A program made the position numbers and the translations under genes. Under the pieces are notes generated by a model. That model was not told the origin of the DNA, made no database searches, and saw only the letters and a list, made by a program, of their open reading frames with translations. A stretch of 64,000 bases of DNA, from assembly GCA_022824205.1 (NCBI GenBank), contig JAJEAI010000005.1:2632-66631 (forward strand). Direction: 5' to 3'. This document shows, one piece after another, positions 55,115-64,000 of this stretch (position 1 is the first letter of the stretch; every line of letters starts with the position of its first letter). The stretch is from Candidatus Binatia bacterium. GTDB lineage: Bacteria; Desulfobacterota; Binatia; UBA9968; JAJDTQ01.

Positions 55115-56509
55115 ATGGACGCCCCATCCTACGACCTCGTGGTCATCGGCAGCGGCCCGGCCGGCCAGAAAGGCGCCATCGCGGCGGCCAAGATGGGCAA
55201 GCGCGTGGCGGTCATCGACCGGTACGACATGCTCGGCGGCGTGTGCCTGCACGCCGGCACCATCCCCAGCAAGACCCTGCGGCTGGCGGTGCTCTACCTC
55301 ACGGGTTTCCAGCAGAAATCGTTCTACGGGCAAGCCTACTCGCCCAAGTCCCACGTGACCGTGGATGACCTCATGTTCCGGGTGCGCACCGTCGTCGAAC
55401 GGGAGCAGGCCCAAGTGACCGACCAGCTCCAGCGCAACGACGTGACCCTGGTGAACGGCTGGGCGCGCTTCGTCGACGCCCGTACCCTACAGGTGGAGGA
55501 CGGGCAACAGGTACGCGGCGACCACATCCTCATTGCCTGCGGGACGCGTTCGGCGCGGGATCCGGAAATCCCCTACGACGGGCAGAGAGTCATGGTTGCG
55601 GAAGACCTCGGCAGCACGGGCCACGGCGAGATACCCCGCAGCATGATCGTGGTCGGCGCCGGGGTCATCGGGCTGGAATACGCCTCCATGCTCTCCGCCC
55701 TGGGCGTGCGCGTGACGCTCATCGAACGGCGCGACACCATGCTGGACTTCGTGGATCGGGAGATAATCGAGGCGCTACGCTACCACATGCGCCGGCGTGA
55801 CGCCATCTTCCGCCTGGGGGAACACGTGACCGGCGTGCGCATTCAGGACAACGGCCTGGTACGCGCCGAACTGGAGAGCGGCAAGCGTGTCACCGGCCAC
55901 TCCCTGCTTTACACCGTCGGGCGGCAGTCCAACGCCGACCAGCTCGGTCTCGACCGCATCGGCATCGACACCGACGCGCGCGGTCGCATCGCCGTGAACG
56001 AGAACTTCCAGACCGCCCTGCCCCACATCTACGCCGTGGGCGACTGCATCGGCTTCCCCGCACTGGCCTCCACCTCCATGGAACAAGGGCGGCTCGCCAG
56101 CACCCACATGTTCGACGGCCCGTCGCTCAAGCCGGCACCCTTCTTCCCCTACGGCATCTACTGCATCCCGGAGATTTCCATGGTCGGCCGCACCGAGCAG
56201 GAACTCACCGCCGAGCGCGTGCCCTACGAGGTCGGCAAGGCCCTCTACGAGGACGTCTCCAAGGCACAAATGGTAGGCGACCGCGCCGGCATGCTGAAGC
56301 TGATCTTCGACCCCGACACCTTGAAGCTCCTCAGCGTCCACGCCATCGGCGAGGAATCCACCGAGATCATCCACATCGGCCACGCCGTCATCGCCCTCGG
56401 CGGCACCATCGAGTACTTCCGCGACAACGTCTTCAACTACCCCACCTTCGCCGAAGCCTACAAGGTCGCCGCCTACGACGGCTTCAACAAGATCGCGGAG
56501 GTGCGGTAG
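55115..56509 (+). CDS. sthA: soluble pyridine nucleotide transhydrogenase-like flavoprotein
   Basis: YDLVVIGSGPAGQKGA...GGVCLHAGTIPSKTLR. This has the single Cys followed by GTIPSK, as in SthA, rather than the CxxxxC of lipoamide dehydrogenase. Confidence 0.7.
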   Translation: MDAPSYDLVVIGSGPAGQKGAIAAAKMGKRVAVIDRYDMLGGVCLHAGTIPSKTLRLAVLYLTGFQQKSFYGQAYSPKSHVTVDDLMFRVRTVVEREQAQVTDQLQRNDVTLVNGWARFVDARTLQVEDGQQVRGDHILIACGTRSARDPEIPYDGQRVMVAEDLGSTGHGEIPRSMIVVGAGVIGLEYASMLSALGVRVTLIERRDTMLDFVDREIIEALRYHMRRRDAIFRLGEHVTGVRIQDNGLVRAELESGKRVTGHSLLYTVGRQSNADQLGLDRIGIDTDARGRIAVNENFQTALPHIYAVGDCIGFPALASTSMEQGRLASTHMFDGPSLKPAPFFPYGIYCIPEISMVGRTEQELTAERVPYEVGKALYEDVSKAQMVGDRAGMLKLIFDPDTLKLLSVHAIGEESTEIIHIGHAVIALGGTIEYFRDNVFNYPTFAEAYKVAAYDGFNKIAEVR

Positions 56510-56615
56510 GCGGGCTCTCGTGTGAGCCCTTGGCACGTTTCCAATACTCGAAACCGAGCACCGTGATTTCTCTTGTGACCGTGTTATGGAGAGGGATGAA
56601 AATGGGGCGCCGGTC

Positions 56616-56652
56616 CCCCAATGAGTCATTCCCGCGGAAGCGGGAATGACGA
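56616..56652. repeat. family 1 minimal hairpin
   Basis: GTCATTCCCGC-ggaa-GCGGGAATGAC, a perfect 11-bp stem. Confidence 0.8.
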
Positions 56653-56817
56653 TGCGGGCTGTAGCGGGCTCCTGTAACTAACTGAATTCCTTGGATAAGA
56701 TTTTATTTTCATATCAATGACGGATTCGAGGGCTCTTCGCCCACACCCGTTCCTGACGTGTTCCCGTGGCATCGTCCGCTCCGTGCCGATGACGCAAGCG
56801 TGGCGTTGTGCGTGCCC

Positions 56818-57738
56818 TCACGCGAACCGCGGAATGATCTCGGTGCCGAGGCGGCGGAGTTGGTCGTGGATGGCTTCGGGGGGGCAGGCGGGGCGGGCGA
56901 CGAACTTGGAGGCGCCGGCGTCGATGAAGCGCTGGATGGCGGCGGTGATGTCGTCGGCGGTGCCGAGGGCGGAGGTTTCGGTGAAGTCCACGTCGGTGCG
57001 GTTGCGCAGGGCGTGGGGACGGGCGATGCGCGCGGCTTCCTCCGGGTCCTTGGCGAAGCAGTAGTTGAAGAGCACGCCGAAGTGGTCGTGGTCGATGCGG
57101 CGGCCGTATTCGTCGGCGTGTTTCCGGATGCGGGCGATGGCGGTCTCCACTTCCGCGGGCACCATCTGGGAGGCGAGCCAGCCGTCCGCCAGGCGGGCAG
57201 TGCGGCGGAAGGCGGGGCCGCTCCGTCCGCCGACCCAGATGGGCGGCTCGGCCTGGGCGGGCTTGGGCTGAATGGAGACGTCCTCGAGGTGGTAGTACTT
57301 GCCGTCGAAGGTGACGTTGTTCCCGGACCAGAGGGCGCGCAGCAGGTGGACCATTTCCTCCGTGCGGCCGGCACGCTCGGCGCGGTGGACGCCGCAGGCC
57401 TGGAGCTCGGTGTCGTCGTCGCGGCCGAGGCCCACGGCCAGCAGCAGCCGTCCGCCCGACAGGAAGTCCAGGGTGGCCAGCTCCTTGGCCAGCACGGTGG
57501 GGTTCCTGAGCGGGAGGGCCATGACACTGGTGCCGAACTTCATCTTGCGGGTGCGCGCGGCCACCCACGAGAGCGCCACCACGGGCTCGAGGCTCAGGGT
57601 TTCCGACACCACGCGGTCGCTCAGCCACAGCGAGTCGATGGCCAGGTTTTCCGCAAGGTCCACGGCGCTCCAGAATGCCTCTGGATTGGGCTCTCCGAAG
57701 GGCCAGCCGGTAAAGCCGATGCCGATGCCGATTCCCAT
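56818..57738 (-). CDS. LLM-class F420/flavin-dependent oxidoreductase
   Basis: SLWLSDRV...FGTSVMALPLRNPTVLAKELATLDFLSGGRLLLAVGLG...PIWVGG. Confidence 0.8.
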   Translation of the reverse strand: MGIGIGIGFTGWPFGEPNPEAFWSAVDLAENLAIDSLWLSDRVVSETLSLEPVVALSWVAARTRKMKFGTSVMALPLRNPTVLAKELATLDFLSGGRLLLAVGLGRDDDTELQACGVHRAERAGRTEEMVHLLRALWSGNNVTFDGKYYHLEDVSIQPKPAQAEPPIWVGGRSGPAFRRTARLADGWLASQMVPAEVETAIARIRKHADEYGRRIDHDHFGVLFNYCFAKDPEEAARIARPHALRNRTDVDFTETSALGTADDITAAIQRFIDAGASKFVARPACPPEAIHDQLRRLGTEIIPRFA

Positions 57739-57937
57739 GTCCTTCCGTCTCCTTGTCAGGTACTGACACTACCAGATGGCACGGTGCATCTTCCAGCGCC
57801 CTCTTACCTCTCCTGGTGGATTCGCGGATTTGACTCACGCCGGTTATCCGACTATTGAAGATCAACCTCGGGTCGTCCCGGTCCCACGAACTCAACCTCG
57901 AACCGCCCGATCCTACGAAACAGGCCCAAGGACCCTC

Positions 57938-58879
57938 ATGATTTATCTCGAACTGGCCGGCGGCTTTGTCCTGCTCATGGGCGGGGCGGAGTTCGTGTTG
58001 CGAGGCGCGGTAGGGCTTGCGCGGCGCCTCGGCGTCTCGCCCCTGATCATCGGACTCACCGTGGTGGCCTACTGCACCACCATGCCGGAGCTGCTGGTGA
58101 GCCTGGAAGCGGCCGTTCGCGGCGCCCCCGGCATCTCCATCGGGAACATCGTCGGCAGCAACATCTGCAACCTGCTACTGATCCTCGGTGCGGCCGCCTG
58201 CGTCTGTCCGATGGTGGTGAACCCGCGCGAGGTGCGCTTCGAAGGGGCCATCGCCGTGGCCGTGGCGGCTCTGTTCATCACGCTCGGGCTGGCGGGCAGC
58301 CTGAGCCGGCTCGCCGGCGTGCTGCTGCTGGCGTGCCTGATTGCGTTCACGGTGGTCTCCGTCCGGCGAGCGCGCCGCAGTCCCCCCGAGGCCGATGCCG
58401 AGGAGGATGCGGCGGACCGGCCCGTCTGGTGGGTCCTCGGCACGCTCGCCGTCGGTCTCGGGTGCCTCGTCCTGGGATCGCACCTGCTGGTGGAGGGCGC
58501 CATCGGGTTGGCGCGCCTTCTGGGCGTGTCGGAGGCGGTCATCGGGGTCACGGTGGTCGCGGTCGGTACGTCGCTGCCGGAGCTTGCCACCGCGGTGGTC
58601 TCCGCCTACCGGGGCCATTCCGAAGTGGCCGTCGGCAACGTGCTCGGCGCCAACATCTTCAACCTCCTGGCCATCGGAGGCCTCGTGGCGACCGTCCATC
58701 CGCTGGACGTTCCGGAGCATCTGCTCCACCTCGCCATCTGGACGATGCTGGGCGCAACGATCGTGCTGATCTCCTGGCTGGCGTTCCGGGGACGGCTGGG
58801 ACGGCTGGCGGGCGTGCTCTCCCTCGCCGTCTATACCCTGTATATCGTGCTGGAGTACGGTCCGCTCACCAACGTATGA
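57938..58879 (+). CDS. calcium/sodium:cation antiporter (CaCA/YrbG family)
   Basis: Two alpha-repeats, GNIVGSNICNLLLILG and GNVLGANIFNLLAIGG. Start taken at MIYLELAGG. Confidence 0.8.
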   Translation: MIYLELAGGFVLLMGGAEFVLRGAVGLARRLGVSPLIIGLTVVAYCTTMPELLVSLEAAVRGAPGISIGNIVGSNICNLLLILGAAACVCPMVVNPREVRFEGAIAVAVAALFITLGLAGSLSRLAGVLLLACLIAFTVVSVRRARRSPPEADAEEDAADRPVWWVLGTLAVGLGCLVLGSHLLVEGAIGLARLLGVSEAVIGVTVVAVGTSLPELATAVVSAYRGHSEVAVGNVLGANIFNLLAIGGLVATVHPLDVPEHLLHLAIWTMLGATIVLISWLAFRGRLGRLAGVLSLAVYTLYIVLEYGPLTNV

Positions 58880-58903
58880 GCGTGCGGGGTTCGTGTCGCC
58901 CCT

Positions 58904-59251
58904 TCACGAGTCGATGGACGTGCCGCGGTACTTGTCCTTGAGTTCGTCCATGACCGTCCCCTTCCAGAACTTGACCCCCACCTGGTAGCCGGCCCGCCCG
59001 ATCATGTGCGCGGACACCGGCGCGGTGAGGAAGACGAACAGCGTGATGGCCAGGACCCGGATGGCGACGCCGATTTCGGGGAAGTAGAACGCCACGGACA
59101 CCATGAGGCAAGCCACCCCAAGGGTCGGGGGCTTGGTGGCGGTCTGCATGCGGGTGAGCAGGTCGGGCATGCGCAGGATGCCCAGGCACCCCAGGAACAT
59201 GAAGGCGGTGCCGATGATCATGAACACGGCGCAGATGATGTCAGTCGCCAT
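58904..59251 (-). CDS. mrpG: Na+/H+ antiporter subunit G
   Basis: FMFLGCLGILRMPDLLTRMQTATK; last gene of the mrp operon. Confidence 0.85.
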   Translation of the reverse strand: MATDIICAVFMIIGTAFMFLGCLGILRMPDLLTRMQTATKPPTLGVACLMVSVAFYFPEIGVAIRVLAITLFVFLTAPVSAHMIGRAGYQVGVKFWKGTVMDELKDKYRGTSIDS

Positions 59252-59510
59252 GGTGTGCCCATTTCTCGATGTAGCGGGAGAAGGTCACGGTCCCCAGGAA
59301 AGCCACCAGCGCCAGCACGATGGCCACGTCCAGGTAGACCGGCTCGTCGTACGCGATGGAATAGAGCGCGGCGATGCCCACACCCACGGTGGTCAGCAGG
59401 TCCAGCGCCACCAGCCGGTCCGGGATGTTGGGCCCGCGCAGGAGGCGCACGAACGTCAGCACGATGCCGAGGCTCAGCACACCCAGCAGAACGAAGGCCA
59501 GGGTCGTCAT
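59241..59510 (-). CDS. mrpF: Na+/H+ antiporter subunit F
   Basis: FVRLLRGPNIPDRLVALDLL; the ATG at 59510 overlaps the mrpE stop. Confidence 0.85.
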   Translation of the reverse strand: MTTLAFVLLGVLSLGIVLTFVRLLRGPNIPDRLVALDLLTTVGVGIAALYSIAYDEPVYLDVAIVLALVAFLGTVTFSRYIEKWAHHGD

Positions 59511-59980
59511 CGCAGCAACTCCATGACGCGCTTCTCGAATCCGTCCTTGATGGACCGGCGCAGCTCTTCGGCGTCGTCCACGTACATGGCGTGAATGTAC
59601 AGGACGCGCCGGTCGTCCGACACGTCCAGACTCAGGGTGCCGGGGGTCAGGGTGATCAGGTTCGCCAAAAGGGTGATCTCCGCGTCGGTCTCCGCGTCCA
59701 GCGGGATCGCCACCACGCCGGGCTTCATGTTGTGCGCCGGCGTCACCACCTCGTAGGCGATGCGCAGGTTCGCCAGCAGGAGCTCCCAGGCGAACAGCGA
59801 CCCGAGCCGGACCCCCTGCCACAGTTTCTCGAAGTACCGCGACGGCCGCAGCAGCGGGCGCACCGCATACAGGATCAAGAAGCCTATGACGAAGCCCACG
59901 ACCAGGCTGAGGGCCGACACCTCCCCGATCAGAGCCGCCCAGCTCACCGCCAGCATGATGTTCCACAAGAGGACGGTCAT
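59507..59980 (-). CDS. mrpE: Na+/H+ antiporter subunit E
   Basis: [12 protein letters not shown]...[17 protein letters not shown]; the ATG at 59980 overlaps the mrpD stop. Confidence 0.85.
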   Translation of the reverse strand: MTVLLWNIMLAVSWAALIGEVSALSLVVGFVIGFLILYAVRPLLRPSRYFEKLWQGVRLGSLFAWELLLANLRIAYEVVTPAHNMKPGVVAIPLDAETDAEITLLANLITLTPGTLSLDVSDDRRVLYIHAMYVDDAEELRRSIKDGFEKRVMELLR

Positions 59981-61476
59981 GATGCGCCCCTCACCCGCAG
60001 CACCGCCTCGATGTACGGCGCCGGGTTCATCAACTGCTCGCCCGCCTGTTGCGCCAGCACGAACAACGGCCCCGCGGCCACGCCCATCACCACCGCGAGC
60101 ACGGCGAGGGTCACGATGCCGCCCAGCATGAGCCCTATCCCCGCCCCCGGTGCGTGTGTTTCGGTCCCTTCCGGCAGCGGCTTCCAGAACGCCTCGGCCC
60201 AGATCTTGGTCATGGAAAAGAGGGTCAGGAGGCTCACCCCCAGGGCCGCGGCCACCACCACGAACTGCTCGATGTTCAGGCCGGCCTTGACCAGTGCCAG
60301 CTTGCCGAAGAACCCGGACAGCGGCGGCACCCCGGCCAGCGACAACGCCGACAGCAGGAACAGCATGCCTACCCACGGGTGGGCGCGGTAGAGGCCGCCC
60401 AGCTTCTTGAGGTCGTAGGTGCCGTGAATGCGGTGCGAGACCCCGCTCACCAGGAACAGGTTGGTCTTGACGAAGATGTTGTGGACGATGAAGAACACCG
60501 TGCCCGCCATCGCCAGCGGCGTGAAGAAGCCGAGGCCCATGATCATGTAGCCGATCTGACTCACGATGTGGAAGGACAGCAGCCGGCGGAACTCGTACTG
60601 GGCCACGGCGCCGAGCACGCCCGTCACCATGGTGATGGCGCCGACCCAGAGAATGATCGTGTGGGTGTAGTCGACGTTGTTGAGGAACAGCAGCGTGAAC
60701 ACCCGGATCAGGGCGTACACGCCCACCTTGGTGAGCAGCCCGCCGAAGATGGCCGAGACCGCCACGGGCGGCGTGTGGTAGGAGGCCGGCAGCCAGAAGA
60801 ACAACGGGAAGATCGCTCCCTTGATGCCGAAGGCCACCAGGAACAGGACCGCGAGGGTGGTCACGAGGCCGGGATCGGCGGCGCTCCCGAGCCGTTGCGA
60901 CAGGTCCGCCATGTTGAGGGACCCCGCCATGGCGTAGAGGATCCCCACCGCCGCCAGGAAGAACGCCGACGCCACCAGGTTCAGGGTGACGTACTTGATG
61001 GCGCCCTCGAGCTGCGCGCGCTCGCCCCCCAGCGCCAGCAGCACGAAGGACGAGATCAGCAGCACCTCGAACCACACGAACAGGTTGAAGATGTCGCCGG
61101 TGAGGAAGGCGCCGGACACCCCCATGATGAGGATGTTGAACAGCGGGTAATAGCCCCAGGCCTCCCGCGGGCGGTCCATGCTGCCCAGCGAGTAGACGAC
61201 GATGACCAGCGTCACCACGCCGGTGGTGGCCACCATGACGGCGCTGAACATGTCGGCCACAAGCGTGATGCCGAAGGGCGCGATCCAGTCGCCCTTCTGA
61301 ACGGCCTGGATGCCCTCGCTGGCCACGCGTTCGAGCAGGACGACGGAGACCGCGAGATAGCCGATGCTGCCCGCCAGGGTGAGGATGCGCTGCGCGGCCA
61401 CGTAGCGCCACGCCAGCACGCAGGCCGCTCCCACCAGCAGCGGGAGCAATATGGGCAGGACGATGAGCGAGTTCAC
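59977..61476 (-). CDS. mrpD: Na+/H+ antiporter subunit D (NuoM/N-like)
   Basis: 499 aa; [29 protein letters not shown]. Confidence 0.9.
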   Translation of the reverse strand: MNSLIVLPILLPLLVGAACVLAWRYVAAQRILTLAGSIGYLAVSVVLLERVASEGIQAVQKGDWIAPFGITLVADMFSAVMVATTGVVTLVIVVYSLGSMDRPREAWGYYPLFNILIMGVSGAFLTGDIFNLFVWFEVLLISSFVLLALGGERAQLEGAIKYVTLNLVASAFFLAAVGILYAMAGSLNMADLSQRLGSAADPGLVTTLAVLFLVAFGIKGAIFPLFFWLPASYHTPPVAVSAIFGGLLTKVGVYALIRVFTLLFLNNVDYTHTIILWVGAITMVTGVLGAVAQYEFRRLLSFHIVSQIGYMIMGLGFFTPLAMAGTVFFIVHNIFVKTNLFLVSGVSHRIHGTYDLKKLGGLYRAHPWVGMLFLLSALSLAGVPPLSGFFGKLALVKAGLNIEQFVVVAAALGVSLLTLFSMTKIWAEAFWKPLPEGTETHAPGAGIGLMLGGIVTLAVLAVVMGVAAGPLFVLAQQAGEQLMNPAPYIEAVLRVRGAS

Positions 61477-61817
61477 GTGTCCGTTGCCTTCATGTCGTCG
61501 AGGTCGTCCGTGCCCACGGTCTGGTACGCGCGGTACGCCAGCACCATGGCGAACGCCTGCACACCGAAGCTGATGACGATGGCCGTGAGGATCAACGCCT
61601 GGGGCAGCGGGTCCGCCACTGCCGTGACCGCCTTCTCGCCGTAGGGGATCACCGGCGGCACCGCGCGCGTGAGGCCGGCGGCCGTGAACACCAGCAGGCT
61701 CGCGCCGTGGGCGAGCAGCGCCAGCCCGATGATCAGCTTCACGATGCTCCGGCGCATGAGCATGTACACGCCGGAGGCGTAGAGTACGCCGATGACGATG
61801 GCGAGCAGGGCCTCCAT
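61473..61817 (-). CDS. mrpC: Na+/H+ antiporter subunit C (NuoK-like)
   Basis: [24 protein letters not shown]...[14 protein letters not shown]; ATGA overlap with mrpB. Confidence 0.85.
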   Translation of the reverse strand: MEALLAIVIGVLYASGVYMLMRRSIVKLIIGLALLAHGASLLVFTAAGLTRAVPPVIPYGEKAVTAVADPLPQALILTAIVISFGVQAFAMVLAYRAYQTVGTDDLDDMKATDT

Positions 61818-62239
61818 CAGTCGTCCTCCACTTCCTCGGCCAGACTGATGATAACGATGAGCACCACGCCCACCACCGTCAGGTAGACGCCGATGTCGAA
61901 CAGCAGCGGCGTCCCCAGGTGCAGGTCGAGTCCGAGAAAGTCGAAATGGCCCCACTGGCCGGTCATGAACGGCTGCCCCTTGAACATGGAGAAGATGCCG
62001 CTCACGGCCGCCGCCAGGAGTCCCCAGGCGATGATGGTCTGGGCCCGGCACGGCAGGAAGCGGCGCATGGAGCGCACGTCGTAGGCGATGGCGTAGAGCG
62101 TCAGCGCCGCGGCCAGCACCAGTCCGCCGACGAAGCCGCCGCCGGGGTCGTTGTGTCCCCGCAGCAGCAGGAAGATGGAGAACTGGAACAGCAGGATCAG
62201 CAGGAACCGGCTGGCCGTTCTTAGAATCAGCGAGTTCAC
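61817..62239 (-). CDS. mrpB: Na+/H+ antiporter subunit B
   Basis: [16 protein letters not shown] motif. Confidence 0.85.
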   Translation of the reverse strand: MNSLILRTASRFLLILLFQFSIFLLLRGHNDPGGGFVGGLVLAAALTLYAIAYDVRSMRRFLPCRAQTIIAWGLLAAAVSGIFSMFKGQPFMTGQWGHFDFLGLDLHLGTPLLFDIGVYLTVVGVVLIVIISLAEEVEDD

Positions 62240-64000
62240 GACCCCCTCCCCTTGCCCAGCCGCAGCCGGATGAGCGAGTACACGCCGATGCCGGCCACCG
62301 CCAGAACCGTGATTTCACCCAGCGTGTCGAAGCCCCTGAAGTCCACCAGGATCACGTTCACGATGTTACGGCCCTGCCCCATCAGGTACGAGTTCTCCGA
62401 GAAGTAGGTGGAGATGGTGGGATGCCACTGCACCGATGTCGCTACCAGCACCAGCAGGGTGAAGAACGCCCCCACCGCGGTGCCGATCACCGCGTGCCGC
62501 GCGATCACCACGCGGCTGGAGAACCGCTTGAACGGGGGCATGTAGTAGAACACGAACACGAACAGGATCAGCGACAGCGTTTCGATCAGGAACTGGGTCA
62601 TGGCCAGGTCGGGGGCGCCGTAGAGCACGAAGATCAGCGCCACGCTGTACCCCACCACGCCCAGGGCCATGACCGCGCGCAGGAAGGTCTGCGCCCGCAC
62701 GGTGGCGATGGCGCCCACCAGCGCCACCAACCCCACCACCCACTCGTGCACGCCGATGTCGCCCCAGTCCATGGCCACCACGGCGACGTCGCCGTACGTG
62801 AGGAACGTGTACCAGGCCAGCACCGCGGTGACGGTCATGATGGTGGCGAGGTAGAGCCGCAGGTAGCCGTTCTGCAGCACCCGGGTCTGGCCCACCGCCG
62901 ACCAGTTGAGGAAGCGCAACCACAGGGCGTACCAGTGGGACGGCCCGCGTCGCACCGCGGGGAGTGCGAACTCGGTCACCCGCTTGATGGTCTCGAGCTG
63001 CCAGTAGACCAGCGCACCCAGACCGAAGGTGACGAGGCTCAGCACCAGCAGCGCGTTGAAGCCGTGCCAAAGGGCCAGGTGCATGTGCACTTCCTTCCCC
63101 AGCACGGAACTCGCGGCCGCGGACAGCAGCGACTCGGGCAGCACCGGCACGAAGCCGAACAGCACGCTCAGGCAGCCCAGGAACACCGGCCCCAGCCACA
63201 TGGTCCAGGGCGGGTCGTGGGGATGCTTCGGCGTGTGGGTCTCCGCCCCCGAGAACGGCCGGATGCCCGCCAGCCACGCCACCGCGAACAGCAGCATGCT
63301 GGTGAGCACGGCGACCACGGTCACCGGCAGGTTGCCGTGGGTGACCGCCTCGTAAAGCGCCTCCTTGCCGACGAAACCGAAGAACGGCGGCAGCCCCGCC
63401 ATGGACAGAGCGCCCACCCCCGCGCCCGCGCAGATGATGGGCATGGTCTTGCGCAAGCCGCCGAGGTGCCGGATGTCGCGGGTGCCGGTCTCGTGGTCGA
63501 TGGACCCGGCCACCAGGAAGAGCGCGGCCTTGTACAGCACGTGGGCCATGAGGAACACCATGGCCGCCTTGATGGCCAGCTTGTCGCCCAGGCCGATGAG
63601 CATGGTGAGGGTGCCGAGAACGCTCACCGTGGAGTAGGCCAGGATCTTCTTGAGGTCGGTCTGGTAGAGCGCCTGGTACGCGCTCGCCAGCATGGTAGCG
63701 GCGCCGAAGCCCGTCACCACGTAGAGCCAGATGTCGCTGCCGCCCAGCACCGGGCTCAGGCGCGCCAGCAGGTAGACCCCCGCCTTCACCATGGTGGCGG
63801 AGTGCAGGTAGGCACTCACCGGCGTGGGCGCCTCCATGGCCGAGGGCAGCCAGAAGTGGAACGGCACCTGCGCCGACTTGGTGAACGCGCCGGCCAGCAC
63901 CAGCGCCAGCACCAGCGGGTAGAGCCGGTGACCCTGCAGCGCGGCGTTGTCCGCGGCCAGCGCCGATATCTCGAAGGTGCCGCCGATCTGTCCCATGAGC
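62236..64000 (-). CDS. mrpA: Na+/H+ antiporter subunit A (NuoL-like), N-terminus beyond the window
   Basis: [37 protein letters not shown] lies near the start of the in-window part, so the true start is beyond base 64000. Confidence 0.85.
   Translation of the reverse strand, partial: LMGQIGGTFEISALAADNAALQGHRLYPLVLALVLAGAFTKSAQVPFHFWLPSAMEAPTPVSAYLHSATMVKAGVYLLARLSPVLGGSDIWLYVVTGFGAATMLASAYQALYQTDLKKILAYSTVSVLGTLTMLIGLGDKLAIKAAMVFLMAHVLYKAALFLVAGSIDHETGTRDIRHLGGLRKTMPIICAGAGVGALSMAGLPPFFGFVGKEALYEAVTHGNLPVTVVAVLTSMLLFAVAWLAGIRPFSGAETHTPKHPHDPPWTMWLGPVFLGCLSVLFGFVPVLPESLLSAAASSVLGKEVHMHLALWHGFNALLVLSLVTFGLGALVYWQLETIKRVTEFALPAVRRGPSHWYALWLRFLNWSAVGQTRVLQNGYLRLYLATIMTVTAVLAWYTFLTYGDVAVVAMDWGDIGVHEWVVGLVALVGAIATVRAQTFLRAVMALGVVGYSVALIFVLYGAPDLAMTQFLIETLSLILFVFVFYYMPPFKRFSSRVVIARHAVIGTAVGAFFTLLVLVATSVQWHPTISTYFSENSYLMGQGRNIVNVILVDFRGFDTLGEITVLAVAGIGVYSLIRLRLGKGRGS

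Overview
Gene-dense, high-GC bacterial chromosomal segment (about two-thirds G+C by eye). It is probably from a diderm, because an RND pump with a periplasmic adaptor is present. Most genes encode oxidoreductases and transporters. These include two paralogous three-subunit xanthine-dehydrogenase/CoxLMS-family molybdoenzyme operons (7774-11359 +, 39309-42966 -), LLM/F420-type oxidoreductases, a UbiD decarboxylase, an acyl-CoA synthetase, thrC, a PrpF isomerase, an RND efflux pair, two Tct-type transporter units, three MFS and one EamA exporter, an SthA-type transhydrogenase, and a complete mrpABCDEFG antiporter operon running off the right edge. Five things stand out. (1) A low-GC island of about 3.6 kb (about 33.24-36.94 kb) carries a translationally coupled three-gene operon: a stand-alone DUF262/ParB-like protein, an ABC-type ATPase with a DUF3696-like tail, and an orphan 325-aa protein. 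I consider it a candidate uncharacterised defence system and cannot assign it to a named system from memory. (2) In two genes an in-frame TGA sits exactly where the catalytic Cys of a thiol oxidoreductase belongs: an OsmC-like gene at 16263-16838 and a YruB-type glutaredoxin-like gene at 11486-11719. Each TGA is followed by a hairpin at SECIS-like spacing, so both are probable selenoproteins that ORF callers split or miss. (3) At least three families of intergenic palindromic repeats are present, including a locally amplified 21-22 bp tandem array, a perfect 50-bp inverted repeat, and an element built from two convergent terminator-like hairpins. (4) There is a ParDE-like toxin-antitoxin pair, an NYN-LOTUS protein and a receiver domain lacking the phospho-acceptor Asp. 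(5) Many of the longest ORFs in the supplied track are antisense artefacts of the high GC content and were not called. No rRNA, tRNA, CRISPR array, transposase or integrase was recognised.
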